In this document: positions 40,565 through 56,190 of the stretch, piece by piece
Position numbering within the stretch: position 1 is the first letter of the stretch
Layout: the number at the start of each line of letters is the position of its first letter
Assembly: GCA_964016885.1 (NCBI GenBank)
Contig: CAXHJY010000928.1
Span: 310,001 to 374,000 of the forward strand
Direction: 5' to 3'
Source: Eledone cirrhosa
Taxonomy: Eukaryota
Length of the DNA stretch: 64,000 nucleotides
Position numbers and translations under genes: made by a program
Notes under the pieces: generated by a model
Seen by the model: the letters and a program-made list of their open reading frames with translations, nothing else
Told to the model about the DNA's origin: nothing
Databases searched by the model: none

Positions 40565-40674
40565 AATGGCTGCCAGCCATCAATATCTCAGTACTATCGG
40601 TGTAAAGAATAATGTTCACAAACAGAAGTTGTCTCTGAAAGCAATGGACGTTGTGTTGTTTGGACCACCAAACA
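40565..40674 (+). CDS. STIM1: STIM coding exon, C-terminal half of SAM domain (RMAASHQYLSTIGVKNNVHKQKLSLKAMDVVLFGPPN)
   Basis: tttacAG acceptor, GTAAGT donor at 40675; phase-compatible with the previous exon (AG+A=Arg); matches STIM motif H(R/K)QKLxLKAxDxVLFGPP. Confidence 0.92.
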
Positions 40675-40880
40675 GTAAGTAATGTCCACTATTCATTTTT
40701 CAGCTTAAAAAAAACATTTTTCTTTCCTTTAATTCTTGGTCTTTCAGTCATAGGGAGACCATTTGATTGGATGATGAAATTGTGGAGTATTTTTTAAAGA
40801 TATATATGTATACTAGCAGGAACACGCGACATTGCCTGGGAATCCTTGTTGGAATGGTGGATTTCAAAATTGAGGAACAC

Positions 40881-41280
40881 TTGTTTACCATTTTTCATTT
40901 CCTTAATTGCCTCTTGGACCCTATATTCGTCAATCTCAATAGCTGGTCCCTCTGTTGGGTCTACTGAGGGTAATTTCTCTCTCTCCCATTCATTCTCCAC
41001 ATTCATCAGTCTCTCATAATGACATTTCCAGGCCTCCTTTTTCTGATCATTCGTGACACTAAGTACACCAGCATCATTTCGGACACATTTATCTCCAACA
41101 ACATCCTGATTTGCACTGACACACTGCCTTGCAATGTGGAACACCATACACCTCTGATCTTCCCGTCGCAGAACATTGGCAAACCTCCTACTCTCAGCCT
41201 CCCTGCGTGCTAAGTACACCTGATGTCTAGCTTCTCTCTTAGCGGCTGTATATCCTTCTCTACTCCCACCCTTTTTCCAA
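40881..41280 (-). mobile_element. RTE family A internal fragment
   Basis: Matches 12427-12822. Confidence 0.9.
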
Positions 41281-41418
41281 TCCTATTTCTATTCTATTAT
41301 AAGTTGAGCCAACTTAAGCAACTTCATATGCAAATGAGATTAATCACCTCATTTACACAGACGAGAAAACTATATATTCTCAACTGTTTTCTAGTCCAGC
41401 AGTTGCAAGAGTGGGAGG

Positions 41419-41464
41419 GATCGTCCTGACTAAGGCCAGTCAAGCCTGAAATGCATAGATGGTT
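41419..41464 (+). ncRNA. Degenerate hammerhead (CUGACUA core)
   Basis: GAUCGUC-CUGACUA-AGGC-CAGUCAA-GCCU-GAAA-UGC-AUA-GAUGGUU. Confidence 0.55.
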
Positions 41465-41620
41465 GTCTCCCCTTGCTTCTACTGGATACCACCAGAGGGC
41501 GTTAGCTCCGGAGTTTGCATAGCTATGGCTTCCTAAAACCATGTTTCTTTGGAAATACGTAATTTCTATACATATTTGTATAACGCTATGCTTGAAGTGA
41601 AATCCTATTTATATATATAT

Positions 41621-42265
41621 TTGCACCGACGTGAGGTATATGATTTTTAATGCAATGAAATATCTATGATCGTTGGCAAATCACTGATGAGGGACTCATT
41701 TTATTACATGTTATACCTGCAGTATTTTTCTCTATATTTTATTACATATATTTACCACTTTTTTTCTCATATATTTACCACTTTTTTACCACTTTTTTAA
41801 CATATATTTACCACTTTTTTCTCTCTCTTACTGTTCCCCCATTCTCTCTGTTTCTCCCCCTCTGTCATGTCAGTTAACTCTTCCTCACACTTTCACTCAC
41901 TCACTGTTTCTCACTCTTCTCTTCATTTCATCCTGTACACCACGAAGGCTATTTTTCTCTCTCCGCACATAGCCTTCGCTCGTGTCGGGTCTGTTCTAAA
42001 AGCGCTCATATATTCACCTAGCTTATGCTAAACAGAATCATTTTTGAAGCTTGTTTCTTTCCCCTGGTTAGCCATACTCTTTGTTGTTCTCCTGTCTCAC
42101 TCGCTTTACGCGTTTTAATTGTCCTAATAACTTATTTTGGTTATTATTGCACCGACGTGAGGTATATGATTTTTAATGCAATGAAATATCTATGATCGTC
42201 GGTAAATCACTGATGAGGGACTCATTTTATTACATGTTATCCATGTGCTACCTGCAGTATTTTTT
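41621..42265 (+). repeat. Direct repeats of ~110 bp (41621-41730, ~42147-42265) around a pyrimidine-rich spacer
   Basis: ttgcaccgacgtgaggtatatg...cctgcagtattttt occurs twice. Confidence 0.9.
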
Positions 42266-42267
42266 TT

Positions 42268-42328
<61 letters not shown>

Positions 42329-42341
42329 GTATATATATATG

Positions 42342-42440
<99 letters not shown>

Positions 42441-42481
42441 TGAGAAATAGGATTTCACTTCAATATATATATATATGTATG

Positions 42482-42568
<87 letters not shown>

Positions 42569-42581
42569 GTATATATATATA

Positions 42582-43258
42582 TCATCATCATCATCATCGT
42601 TTAACGTCCATGTTCCACGCTTGCATGGGTTTGGACGGGAGTTTTCCCACTTGAGGCAAGAGTGGTTGTCTTGCTCGCATAGGACTGTCTGGTGGGTTTT
42701 CTATGGCTGGATGCCCTTCCTAACACCAACCACATTTACAGTGTGGAACTGGGAGGTTTTTACCGTGTTGCCTACACGGCCACATTACAGCGTGGACTGT
42801 GTGTTTTTTTGTCGTGACACCTACACGATCTCATTTGTTTCGGCCTGGATGTTGTGGTACCAACATCACTTTACATTGAAAGGGGTGGGGGTATTGGGAC
42901 GGGGGTGTATTTTGTTAGAGATGCCTACTGACTGTAGTAGGTTTTACTTTGTATTTAGGTAAGGCGGGTCTTCTCTATTACTGAGTGCCGCCAAAGATCT
43001 CGGTCCAGTGACATTGTCTTGGAGAGGTGTAAGTGTGTGAGGTTGGAATTTATCAAGTCGTCCCAAGTTTTTCTAGGTCTGCCTATTCCGTGGCTACCGT
43101 CTATCTTTATTGCCCTGCACTTTTTTATACAGCTGTCGTCTTTCATGCGCATCACGTGACCATACCAACGTAGCCTTCTCTCGAGTAAACAACATCTGAT
43201 CCCTCTTATTTCTAATTTTTCCCTTAGTTCATTTTGCTTTGCCGTTCGCGTATATTAC

Positions 43259-43260
<2 letters not shown>
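42582..43260 (-). mobile_element. RTE family B 3' fragment
   Basis: ORF 42955-43155; shared 3' UTR. Confidence 0.92.
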
Positions 43261-44789
<1,529 letters not shown>

Positions 44790-44794
<5 letters not shown>

Positions 44795-45075
44795 TGTTAT
44801 ACTTTGGGAGGGTCATGTTGCCAATAAGAAACACACGCACCAGTTGCTTTCACTTCAATTTAATTTATTATATATTTATAAATTTCTGGTTGGTTGGTTG
44901 GTTCCACAAATTTATAAATTTGTAAATTTATAAATATATAATAAATTAAATTGAAGTGAAAGCAACTGGTGCGTGTGTTTCTTATTGGCAACATGACCCT
45001 CCCAAAGTATAATAATATCGGTTTCAACACACGATTTCAGATAAAGAATCTTGCTAAACAAATTCAGAAACGAAA
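44790..45075. repeat. Young fold-back element, ~95-bp arms (~44791-44886 / ~44924-45018) plus tail
   Basis: Near-perfect inverted arms inside (TA)n. Confidence 0.9.
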
Positions 45076-45104
45076 TATATATACATACATATATATATAT
45101 ATAT

Positions 45105-46329
<1,225 letters not shown>

Positions 46330-46339
46330 TATATATATA

Positions 46340-48117
46340 TCATCATCATCATCATCATCATCAACGTTTAACGTCCGTGTTCCACGCTTGCATGGGTTTG
46401 GACGGGGGTAGTCCCACTTGAAGCAAGAGTGATTGTCTTGCTCGCATAGGACTGTCTGGCAGGTTTTCTACAGCTGGATGCCCTTCCTAACACCAACCAC
46501 ATTTACAGTGTGGGTCTGGGAGGTTTTTACCGTGTTGCCTACACGGCCACATTACAGCGTGGACTGTGTGTTTTTTTGTCGTGACACCTACACGATCTCA
46601 TTTGTTTCGGCCTGGATGGCGCGGCACCAACATAACTTTACATAGAACGGGGTGGTGTGGATGGGGTGGGGGTGGTGGCGGGACGGGGTGTATTTTGTTA
46701 GAGATGCCTACTGGCAAGGCGGGTCTTCTCTGTTACTGAGTACCGCCAAAGGTCTCGGTCCAGTGACATTGTCTTGGAGAGGTGTAAGTGTGTGAGGTCG
46801 GAGTTTATCAGCTCGTCCCAGGTTTTTCTAGGTCTGCCTATTCCGTGGCTACCGTCTATCTTTATTGCCCTGCACTTTGTTATACAGCTATCGACTTTCA
46901 TGCGCATCACGTGTCCATACCAACGTAGCCTTCTCTCGAGTAAACAACATCTGATCCCTCTTATCTCTAATTTTTTCCTTAGTTCGTTTATGCTTTGCCG
47001 TTCACGTATATTACTGTTACACATCCAGCGGAGCATGCAAGCTTTGTTTCTCTCTAGTCTGCGTATATCCTCTGCACACAATGCCCAGGTCTCACTGCCA
47101 TGCAACATTGCTGTTTGTATGCAGGCATCGTACAACCTGCCTTTCATTTTTAGGGAGAACCCTTTAGCAGCTAATAGTGGTATAAGCTCTCTGAACTTTT
47201 TCCAACCAGTTCTGACTCTAGCTACAGTACTTTCAGAGCACCCTCCCCCACTGCTGATTTTATCGCCCAGGTAACGGAAGCTGTCCACTATTTCTATAGA
47301 ACCCTCTGCGCAATTGAAAGAGCTAGTATTTGTGGGCACTTGCTGCTACTTATTGCACCAGAACACCGGCCACATGTAAAATCTATGTTCTTAGTTAGCT
47401 TACCTGTGATCCCACTACATCTTTTATGCACCCATACTTTGCATTTAGGACATAAAATGGAGTTTCTACCTACGCCTTTCCTACACACCGAGCACGACCA
47501 TTTCCCAGAAGGGACCGCCGCCTTCTTTTCTTTCCTACAAACTAGAACTTTGGTCTTAGCCAGGTTAATTTTAAGTCCTTTTGACTCTAGGCCGTGCTTC
47601 CATGTTTGGAATTTCTTCTCTAGCTCGGCCATTGATTCCGCTATGCGTGTCAGGTCGTCTGCGTATAGGAGTTCCCATGGGCAGCCTGTCTTGAACTCCT
47701 CTGTTATAGCCTGAAGGGCAATAATAAATAGTAGAGGGCTGAGAACAGAGCCCTGATGGACGCCAACTTTTACACTAAACTCTTCACTATATTCGTTGTT
47801 AATTCTAACCTTGCTGACTGTTTCTTCATACATGGCTTGTATAGGCCTCACAAGCCATTCGTCAACGCCTAGTTTTCTAAGAGCCCACCAGATAATGGAG
47901 CGGGGGACTCTGTCGAAGGCTTTCTCCAGGTCGACAAAAGCTAAGTAGAGGGGTTTACCTTTAGCTAGGTACTTCTCCTGTAGTTGTCGTACTATGAAAA
48001 GAGCGTCTGTTGTGCTTTTGCCTGACACAAACCCGAACTGCATTTCATCTAGGTCAATTCTCTCTCTGATTAGTTGCGCTATTACTTTTTCCGTGACCTA
48101 TTACTTTTTCCGTGACC
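46340..48117 (-). mobile_element. RTE family B, 5'-truncated
   Basis: [16 protein letters not shown]; frameshift near 47330. Confidence 0.95.
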
Positions 48118-48121
48118 GAAA

Positions 48122-48157
<36 letters not shown>

Positions 48158-48278
48158 CATACATATATATATATACATACATATATATATATACATACAT
48201 ATATATATGTATATATGTATATATATACATATATATATATATATATACATACATATATATATATATATGTATATATAT

Positions 48279-51200
48279 AAGGATTAGAATACTGGAGCGT
48301 GTTTGAGTCAAACACCCTCTTCGTATTATAGAAATGACAGTAAAAGGTATAGCTCAATGCAGTTAAACAGAGCCAAAAAATTAAGAGAGTAAAACAAAGA
48401 ATCCTTTAATACATCAAAAGTTTTTATTAGCCGACAATGTTTCATCCTATTAAGGACTCATCAGGGCAATCAAAACAACAAGAGGTAATTTCGGCAGATA
48501 CAAGCCAGAAACTCTGAAGAATATGGAGTGTACATACACTAATGTCTTGCAAAGATATACGATAATAAAAATGAAAATAAAGATAAAAATAATAAAATTA
48601 TAATAACTAAGGATGTAGATAACATTAAGAACCATATTACAAATATAGTCCAAAGCCACCAACTTAAATCTAAACAAATTTGGTTATATAGAGCAGGAAT
48701 TATATATAACACAATATAATACATTATAATAATAATATATTTATACCAACATTAAAATTCCAAATTAAAAATCAAAAGGTACAATATATACATGTATATA
48801 TGTGCGCACACACACACACACACACACATATTTCAATACACATATCTATTTTCTATTACACAGAAATTAAGCCCTATTAGAAGTTTGAATATTAAAAATA
48901 AGCATGGTAATAGTTAAAATATAATACTAATACATCTACCCAATATACATGAGGCAATAATATGATATAATTACAAGAAACACTTATAACAAATAATAAA
49001 CAACAAAATTATATAATTCAATACAATATATTAAAGTAGAATAGATAATCCCCGGTTAATTTACAGAAACAATATAGATGTCACAGTGAAATACAATGAT
49101 AAAATGTTAACATTATATTAACAATTGCCATAAACAATATGTACAAAATGATTCATACTGGGTTACATAATAAATGAGGAAATATAAATCATATAATATA
49201 ATACAATAATACTCAAAAAAACTATATTGGTACAGGGAACAATTATGATGTTACAGAAAAAATATGATGTTACAGAAAAAAATATACAGACATCTAACAT
49301 GATATGTAAAGTCTAAATATCATAATGTTACATATTACAATATTAAAATATTAAAAAATCCAGACATCTTTCATGATATACAAAGTTTAAATATCATAAT
49401 GTTATATATAATAAACGGTAAGTAATAAGGATCTATATCATAATGTAATATATTTTAAAAATTGGCATAAAATATATAAATACTTATAATTACAAGGTTA
49501 GTAGACAGACATGTGTGGATGAGTGAACGAAGCCAGACAGTGAATAGTAAATAGAATATAGAATAAAACAAATAAATACAATCAACCGGAAATTACAAAA
49601 CAAAGCAAATGTATACACATTTAGGCCTCGCGTGCATTAAGAAATTTGGTAAACACCAAGGAAAGCGATCATTTTAAATGACTCCAAACCCTATCTGATA
49701 AATTAATATTAAAAATATCAAACCCATCCGATAAGGTAGTATAAAATTAGCTATAGTTTAAGTCATTAAAGTATATAAACTTTAATGTATCGTTACAAAT
49801 GTTTACAAAAAGGAATAAAATTACACTATCATATACGCAACGATATCTAAAAAACTGACTTAAGTAGAGTTAAGGTAGGCTAATGGGGACAGAATTGACA
49901 AAATATATGGAGGGTGCGAAGTGGCATAAAATATATTCGATATACTATAATAAATAATAGAACAGAGCATAAAAGAGGGGGGGGGTTAATATAATCATAT
50001 TCAATCTGGAGGGGTTGACAATAAGTTTATGTGTGCATGTGGGGGGAGGGGGGGGGGGGGTTGTCGATAGATAAATCAGAATAGACTTAGAAATAAAAAT
50101 AGAATTAAAAATAAAGATAATGTTAAAATTAAAATTAAAGTTAATGATAATAAAAGAATATATAAAGATAATAAGAGAATGACGTAAGTGGCATAAAGTG
50201 TGTAATCTTATGTATACTAACAAGGTGTAATAGTGAAGACATAGATATGGTACAGTGGCCAAATGATTATGAGAGCTAGAATGAAGAGTCATCAAAAACC
50301 AATGATAACATTAGTGTTGGCAAACAAAAGAACCCAAACAAAAAACTAAGTAATGGAATATATCTGCTAATGGGTACGATTTGTACTACTAGAACATTTG
50401 GGTTTATAATAAAAGTAAGAATTAGAAATGGCATGGGGGCAAGAAGAGAATATCTCAGACTTTCTATTCAGTAAGGGTACGCTAGAGAAAATAATAGAGT
50501 GTGTCTCAAGTATACAGAGATTACAAAACTTACTATGTGCAGAAAGGTGGTTAGATCGTGCTACTAAACTCCAGTTAAGGCTATATGGTATATAAGCTCC
50601 CTTAAGATCCCAGATATAATGCGCTAGAGAGGTAGAATTCTTAAACCTAACATGTTTGAAGTTAGAGATATGAGAGTTAAACCTAGTCTTAAAAGTGTTT
50701 GAAGTAGATCCTATATACGTTCTTTTAGAGGAATTAGTTATAACCTCGCAAGCATAGACAATGTTCTTAGAAAGGCAGTTACCGTTTAGAGGGCAGTTAG
50801 CACTCTACAATTGCACTTCCGGGTGTTATTGGTTGGCTCGAGTGGTGATGTATTGCACGTAGGACCTCTATTAGATAAGGACTGTTCTGGTGGTAAAGCA
50901 TTGTCCGATGCATTCAGACTAGTAGTACGTAGAGAGGAGAATCCATCCCTAATTTTCCTATTATTAGTGCTAGCTAAATGAGAACTAATATTAGGGGTGG
51001 TAGAGAATGAGAGTTTAATAACATTTTTATTAAAAATACCATGGTATTTGTGAGAAGGGGGGAAATTTTTCTCCAGGATAGTGAAGAAAGACCTAGGGAT
51101 ATTAGTTGATACATCCTGATTATATGGCGGGTTGAAATAAGTATTCAATCGCCTTCTATTTTTATTTTTATTCTTATCGACCCTACCTCTATCAAATGTC

Positions 51201-51345
51201 CCACCGTCGAGACTAGGGTTACTATCGGGAATAGTTGAAGCCACATTCATAGAATCAGCCATAATTTCGTTATGCCTATTATAGTTTCTACCTCTAGTAG
51301 ATCCGCTGTTGTCCAGAATCCCTACAAGAGGATTAAGGCCAATGA
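48279..51345 (-). mobile_element. 5'-truncated PLE, diverged relative of 33708-38755; hammerhead at 48425-48472 (minus, GUC site)
   Basis: YFNPPYNQDV..CNCR; homologous 3' UTR and pLTR; ctgatgagtccttaataggatgaaacattgtcggctaataaa. Confidence 0.9.
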
Positions 51346-51346
51346 T

Positions 51347-51781
51347 ACACAAGCACCCATATGCAACACATACAGTATACACTAATACAAATAACATATC
51401 ATAGACGGATGGGCACAAGTTAAGAGATAGAGATAGATAAAAAATAGATAAGAGGTAGATAAAAAATAGATAAGAGGTAGATAAAAAATAGATAAAAAAT
51501 AGATAAGAAATAGATAAAAGATAAAAAATAAAATAAAATAAAATAAAGTAAAGTAAAATATACACCAGAAGATAAATAAAACAATACACCAAAAAAAAAA
51601 AAAAAAAGGAGTAAAATATACACCATAAAAGAAGGTGTGGGTAAAGATAAGACTGGCAAATGCATAAGCTATCAGGCTATGTTCAACAATATATAAAATA
51701 TACAAAAATATATACAAAAATATATATAAAAATATATATAAAAAATATATATATATATATACAAGAGACGTATATATAAGG

Positions 51782-51815
<34 letters not shown>

Positions 51816-53385
51816 CAGTCCAAGTAATGCATATTTATAAAAATGTAACTGGGGGTAAAAAGATGTAATAAGGGTAATCAAGATGGTAATTATTAGGGCA
51901 TGTAATAATAATATTATTATAAAAATCCTAAGGTGACACTAGTGTTGACTCATGGTGATATATGGAATATATCAGGAGTACACGAACGCCTTAGGTGTTG
52001 CAGTTAGCCACAGTTCAACAATAGAGTGTTCGAATGAGATTTTTTATGAACAGATGCTATGTCCGCACTAGATTGAGTGGACCATTACAATGCAATGGAA
52101 ACATCCCAGGTTGGACAGTCCCAAAAGTTCACACTCCAAAGTTCAATCCACAGGTGTGCATTCATAGAGTTGAGCGGTTGGGCAATCCCCAAAAGTTCAC
52201 ACTCCAAAGTTCAATACACAGATGTGCATTCATAGAGTTGAGCACTCAGGCAAGAATTAATTGGTTAACAAGGTGTATCCGTATCACAAGCAGGAGCATA
52301 TGCTGGGAAGGTTGCAGGCAAATTCATATACAGCAGCACGAACATCAAGAGGCAAATAACTGAGGCGCATATTAGTGAGCAGAAGCAGGCAAGTGCAGGT
52401 GGTAAAACACAGTCAGGTGAAGCAGGTTATTATGCATACCATTTAATATAAGAAAACTCAACAACGTGCATAACAAATATCTTCCAAAGCCGATAACCAC
52501 AAAATCACAACATTGAGCAACAATCCGGCATCGCAAGAATGTACGCAACATTAGGGTTAGTCCAGAGACAGTATATGTATACTTATACATACACACATAC
52601 ACACAGACATGTATATACAGAGACAGTATACATACACATATATACAGAGACAGTATATATATATATATATACACATACACGTATATACACATAAATATAT
52701 ACATACACACATACACACACACACACCGCACCGGACACCCAAATCTACGCGGATATATTACACAAAATATCTTACCCAGCTAACAAAAATCCATACATAT
52801 ATATATAGATATATATATACATATATTTTTATCTTTTATCTATTTTTTATCTATTTCTTATCTATTTTTTATCTACCTCTTATCTATTTTTTATCTCTCT
52901 CTATCTCTTAACTTGTGCCCATCCGTCTATGATATGTTATTTGTATTAGTGTATACTGTATGTGTTGCATATGGGTGCTTGTGTGTAGGTGCATGCGGGT
53001 GCTCATGCTTATGCGTATACTTGTATGTAGCTGTATGTTAACGGAACCCTGCCCAACTGTGAGTGATAACATTTCTTATTTTTCATTTTTATTTTTATTT
53101 TTATTTTTATTTTTATTTTTATTTTTATTTTTATTTTTATTTTTATTTTTATTTTTATTTTTATTTTACTCTTTTCTTATTTTACTCCTTTTACTTTACT
53201 CTTTAAACTCCTCCCAACTATGGTATCCCCACATATATTCTTCTGTTTTGGCTTTGTCAATGCTTGTATACTATGTATTTACTCTTTATGCTCTGAAGAG
53301 TTCCACTTCTAGTGTGGACGAAACACTGTTAGCAATTAAAGATATACCTATGTTCTAAGCGCTCTTTGTTGTTAATTGTATCTAT
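51347..53385. mobile_element. Non-coding element with ~170-bp inverted repeats (~51347-51530 / ~52825-52985) and terminal hammerhead
   Basis: acacaagcacccatatgcaac..gggcacaagttaagagatagag is inverted at 52985; hammerhead downstream. Confidence 0.7.
53289..53334 (+). ncRNA. Hammerhead ribozyme motif
   Basis: UGCU-CUGAAGA-GUUCCAC..GUGGAC-GAAAC-ACU-GUU-AGCA then ATTAAA. Confidence 0.8.
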
Positions 53386-53404
53386 ATATATATATATATG
53401 TATG

Positions 53405-53770
53405 TATGAAAGACGTAAAATAAGAAAATTTTAAAAATTAAAAATTAACTTACTAAAATTTTCACTCCAACTAATTAGTTTCTGTAAGGGAATAAATATA
53501 GTTACGTAACGTAACTATAGAGAATTTTTATATGGGTTCCTAGTGTCCGCGCATTGCCTGGGAACTTAGCTGAGAATAGACTCCCTGATGACGTAAGGAA
53601 TTCTCTATAGTTACGTTACGTAACTATATTTGTTCCCTTATAGAAACTAATTAGTTGGAGTGAAAATTTTAGTAAGTTAATTTTTAATTTTTAAAATTTT
53701 CTTATTTTACGTCTTTCATATAATTGTTCTGCATCCCTCTGCATAGAACCACAAAGGTACTAAGACATAA
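53405..53770. repeat. Fold-back element, ~120-bp arms (53405-53526 / ~53598-53720) plus tail
   Basis: Near-perfect inverted arms inside (TA)n. Confidence 0.9.
53580..53661 (+). ncRNA. Hammerhead motif with long stem II
   Basis: ACUCC-CUGAUGA-[UAAGG..UAUAGUUACG-UUA-CGUAACUAUA..CCUUA]-GAAAC-UAAUUA-GUU-GGAGU. Confidence 0.78.
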
Positions 53771-53845
53771 CATATATATTTGCTAGCATGGGTATACATC
53801 TGTATACATATGTTGGTAGATATACTAATTCTCTATATATGTATG

Positions 53846-53964
<119 letters not shown>

Positions 53965-54273
53965 ATATATATATATATGTAGGTATATATCTATATATAT
54001 GTATGTATATATCTCTATATATATATGTATATATCTATATATATATGTAGGTATATATCTATATATATGTATGTATATATCTATATATATATATGTATGT
54101 ATATATCTCTATATATATATGTATGTATATATCTATATATATATGTAGGTATATATCTATATATATGTAGGTATATATCTATATATATGTATGTATATAT
54201 CTATATATATATATGTATGTATATATCTATATATGTAGGTATATATCTATATATATATGTAGGTATATATCTA

Positions 54274-54868
54274 TGCATAAATGAATTGAGAGAGAGACTG
54301 AGCATAAGAGGAATCAAATGCTGTGTGCAGGAGAGGCGGTTGCGCTGGTATGGACATGTGATGCGTATGAAGGATGATAGCTGCATAAAAAGGTGCAGGG
54401 CACTAGAAGTTGATGCAAACCGCGGAGTGGGGAGACCCAAGATGACCTGGGATGAGGTGATAAAAGCCGACCTTACCCAATTACACCTCTCAAAGACAAT
54501 GACACACGACCGTCACTTCTGGCATCACGCAGTAATACAGAGTACCCGACCTCCTATGGGTACATGCTGAAGCATATAAACAATATGCCCCCACACCGCA
54601 AGGTGGTCGTGGAGGTGCCACGGCAAAAAAGCACCCAGCCCACACTGTAAAGTGGACGTGTAGGCGCCACGAAAAAGCACCCAGCACTCACTGTAAATGA
54701 GGTTGGTGTTAGGAAGGGCATCCAGCTGTAGAAATCAAGCCAGATCAGTTCCTGTATGAGCAAGGCATGGTCAGCCGACCAGACACTGCACACAACAGGA
54801 CAACACGTCTAACCCATGCTAGCGTGGAAGAACGGATGTAAAACAGTGATGATGATGATGATGATGAT
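54274..54868 (+). mobile_element. RTE family C 3' fragment
   Basis: [23 protein letters not shown]; (GAT)n tail. Confidence 0.92.
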
Positions 54869-55147
54869 ATATGTATGTATATATCTATATATATATATAT
54901 ATATATGTATGTATATCTATATATATATATATGTATGTATATATCTATATATATATGTATGTATATATCTATATATATTTATGTATATATCTATATATAT
55001 ATATGTATGTATATATCTATATATTTATGTATGTATATATCTATATATATGTATGTATATATCTATATATATATATGTATGTATATATCTATATATATGT
55101 ATGTATATATCTATATATATATATGTATGTATATATCTATATATATG

Positions 55148-55176
<29 letters not shown>

Positions 55177-55179
<3 letters not shown>

Positions 55180-55467
55180 ACAACTAGAAATTGATTAACA
55201 TATAAATAAACATGAAACAATCACAGGAGATAACTTTTACAAGTGTGTAAGCACACATAGCTAGGTAGGTAACTAAATAAAGTTAACTAGAACTTCAAAA
55301 ATAGATACCTTATAATATGATTAATCATATTATAAGGTATCTATTTTTGAAGTTCTAGTTAACTTTATTTAGTTACCTACCTAGCTATGTGTGCTTACAC
55401 ACTTGTAAAAGTTATCTCCTGTGATTATTCATGTTTATTTATATGTTAATCAATTTCTAGTTATTAT
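55177..55467. repeat. Spacerless palindrome of ~290 bp (centre 55322/55323), tail to ~55575
   Basis: ..ccttataatatgatt|aatcatattataagg..; few mismatches or indels at the distal ends. Confidence 0.93.
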
Positions 55468-55839
55468 AAAATACTCAGACCTATTCGTTAGAATCTTAGA
55501 GCTTATTTTACGGGTGATATGGCGCATGTCTTTCTGGCATGACACCCATAATTTTGATTATCTTAATTTGGGATATATATATATAAATGTATGTATATAT
55601 CTCTATATATATATATGTATATATCTATATATATATATATGTATATATCTCTATATATATATATGTATGTATATATATATATGTATGTATATATCTATAT
55701 ATATATATATGTATGTATGTATATATCTATATATATATATATGTATGTATATATCTATATATATATATATGTATGTATATATCTATATATATGTATGTAT
55801 ATATCTATATATATATATGTATGTATATATATATACGTA

Positions 55840-56190
55840 TCATCACCATCATCATCATCATCATCATCATTTTATGTCCGCTTTTCCCTGCTTGCAAGGG
55901 TGGGACGGGAACTGATTCTGGCTTGATTTCTACAGCTGGATGCCCTTCCTAACACCAACCTCATTTACAGTGAGTGCTGGGTGCTTTTTTGCCATGGCAC
56001 CTCCACGACCACTTTGCAGTGGAATGATAGGGATCCCTGTCCCTATTATCTCATTTCTACAGCTGAGTAAACTGGAGCAATGTGAAATAAAGTGTCTTGC
56101 TCAAGGAAACAACACATCACCCGGCCTGAGAATTGAACTCACAACCTTTCGATTGCAAGCCCAATGCTCTAAGCCCTAAGCCATGTGCCT
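55840..56190 (-). mobile_element. tRNA-derived SINE (14225 family)
   Basis: Sequence match. Confidence 0.9.

Noticed and set aside
40812-40846. Second Helitron-like CTAG plus hairpin end
   Set aside because: Only about 35 bp of resemblance and no matching 5' end.
41683-41700. CTGATGA in the direct repeats as a hammerhead or C/D snoRNA box
   Set aside because: No downstream stem II-GAAA and no suitably placed partner box.
55177-55467. Hammerhead within this palindrome, and within 44790-45075
   Set aside because: No CUGANGA..GAAA core found by eye on either strand.
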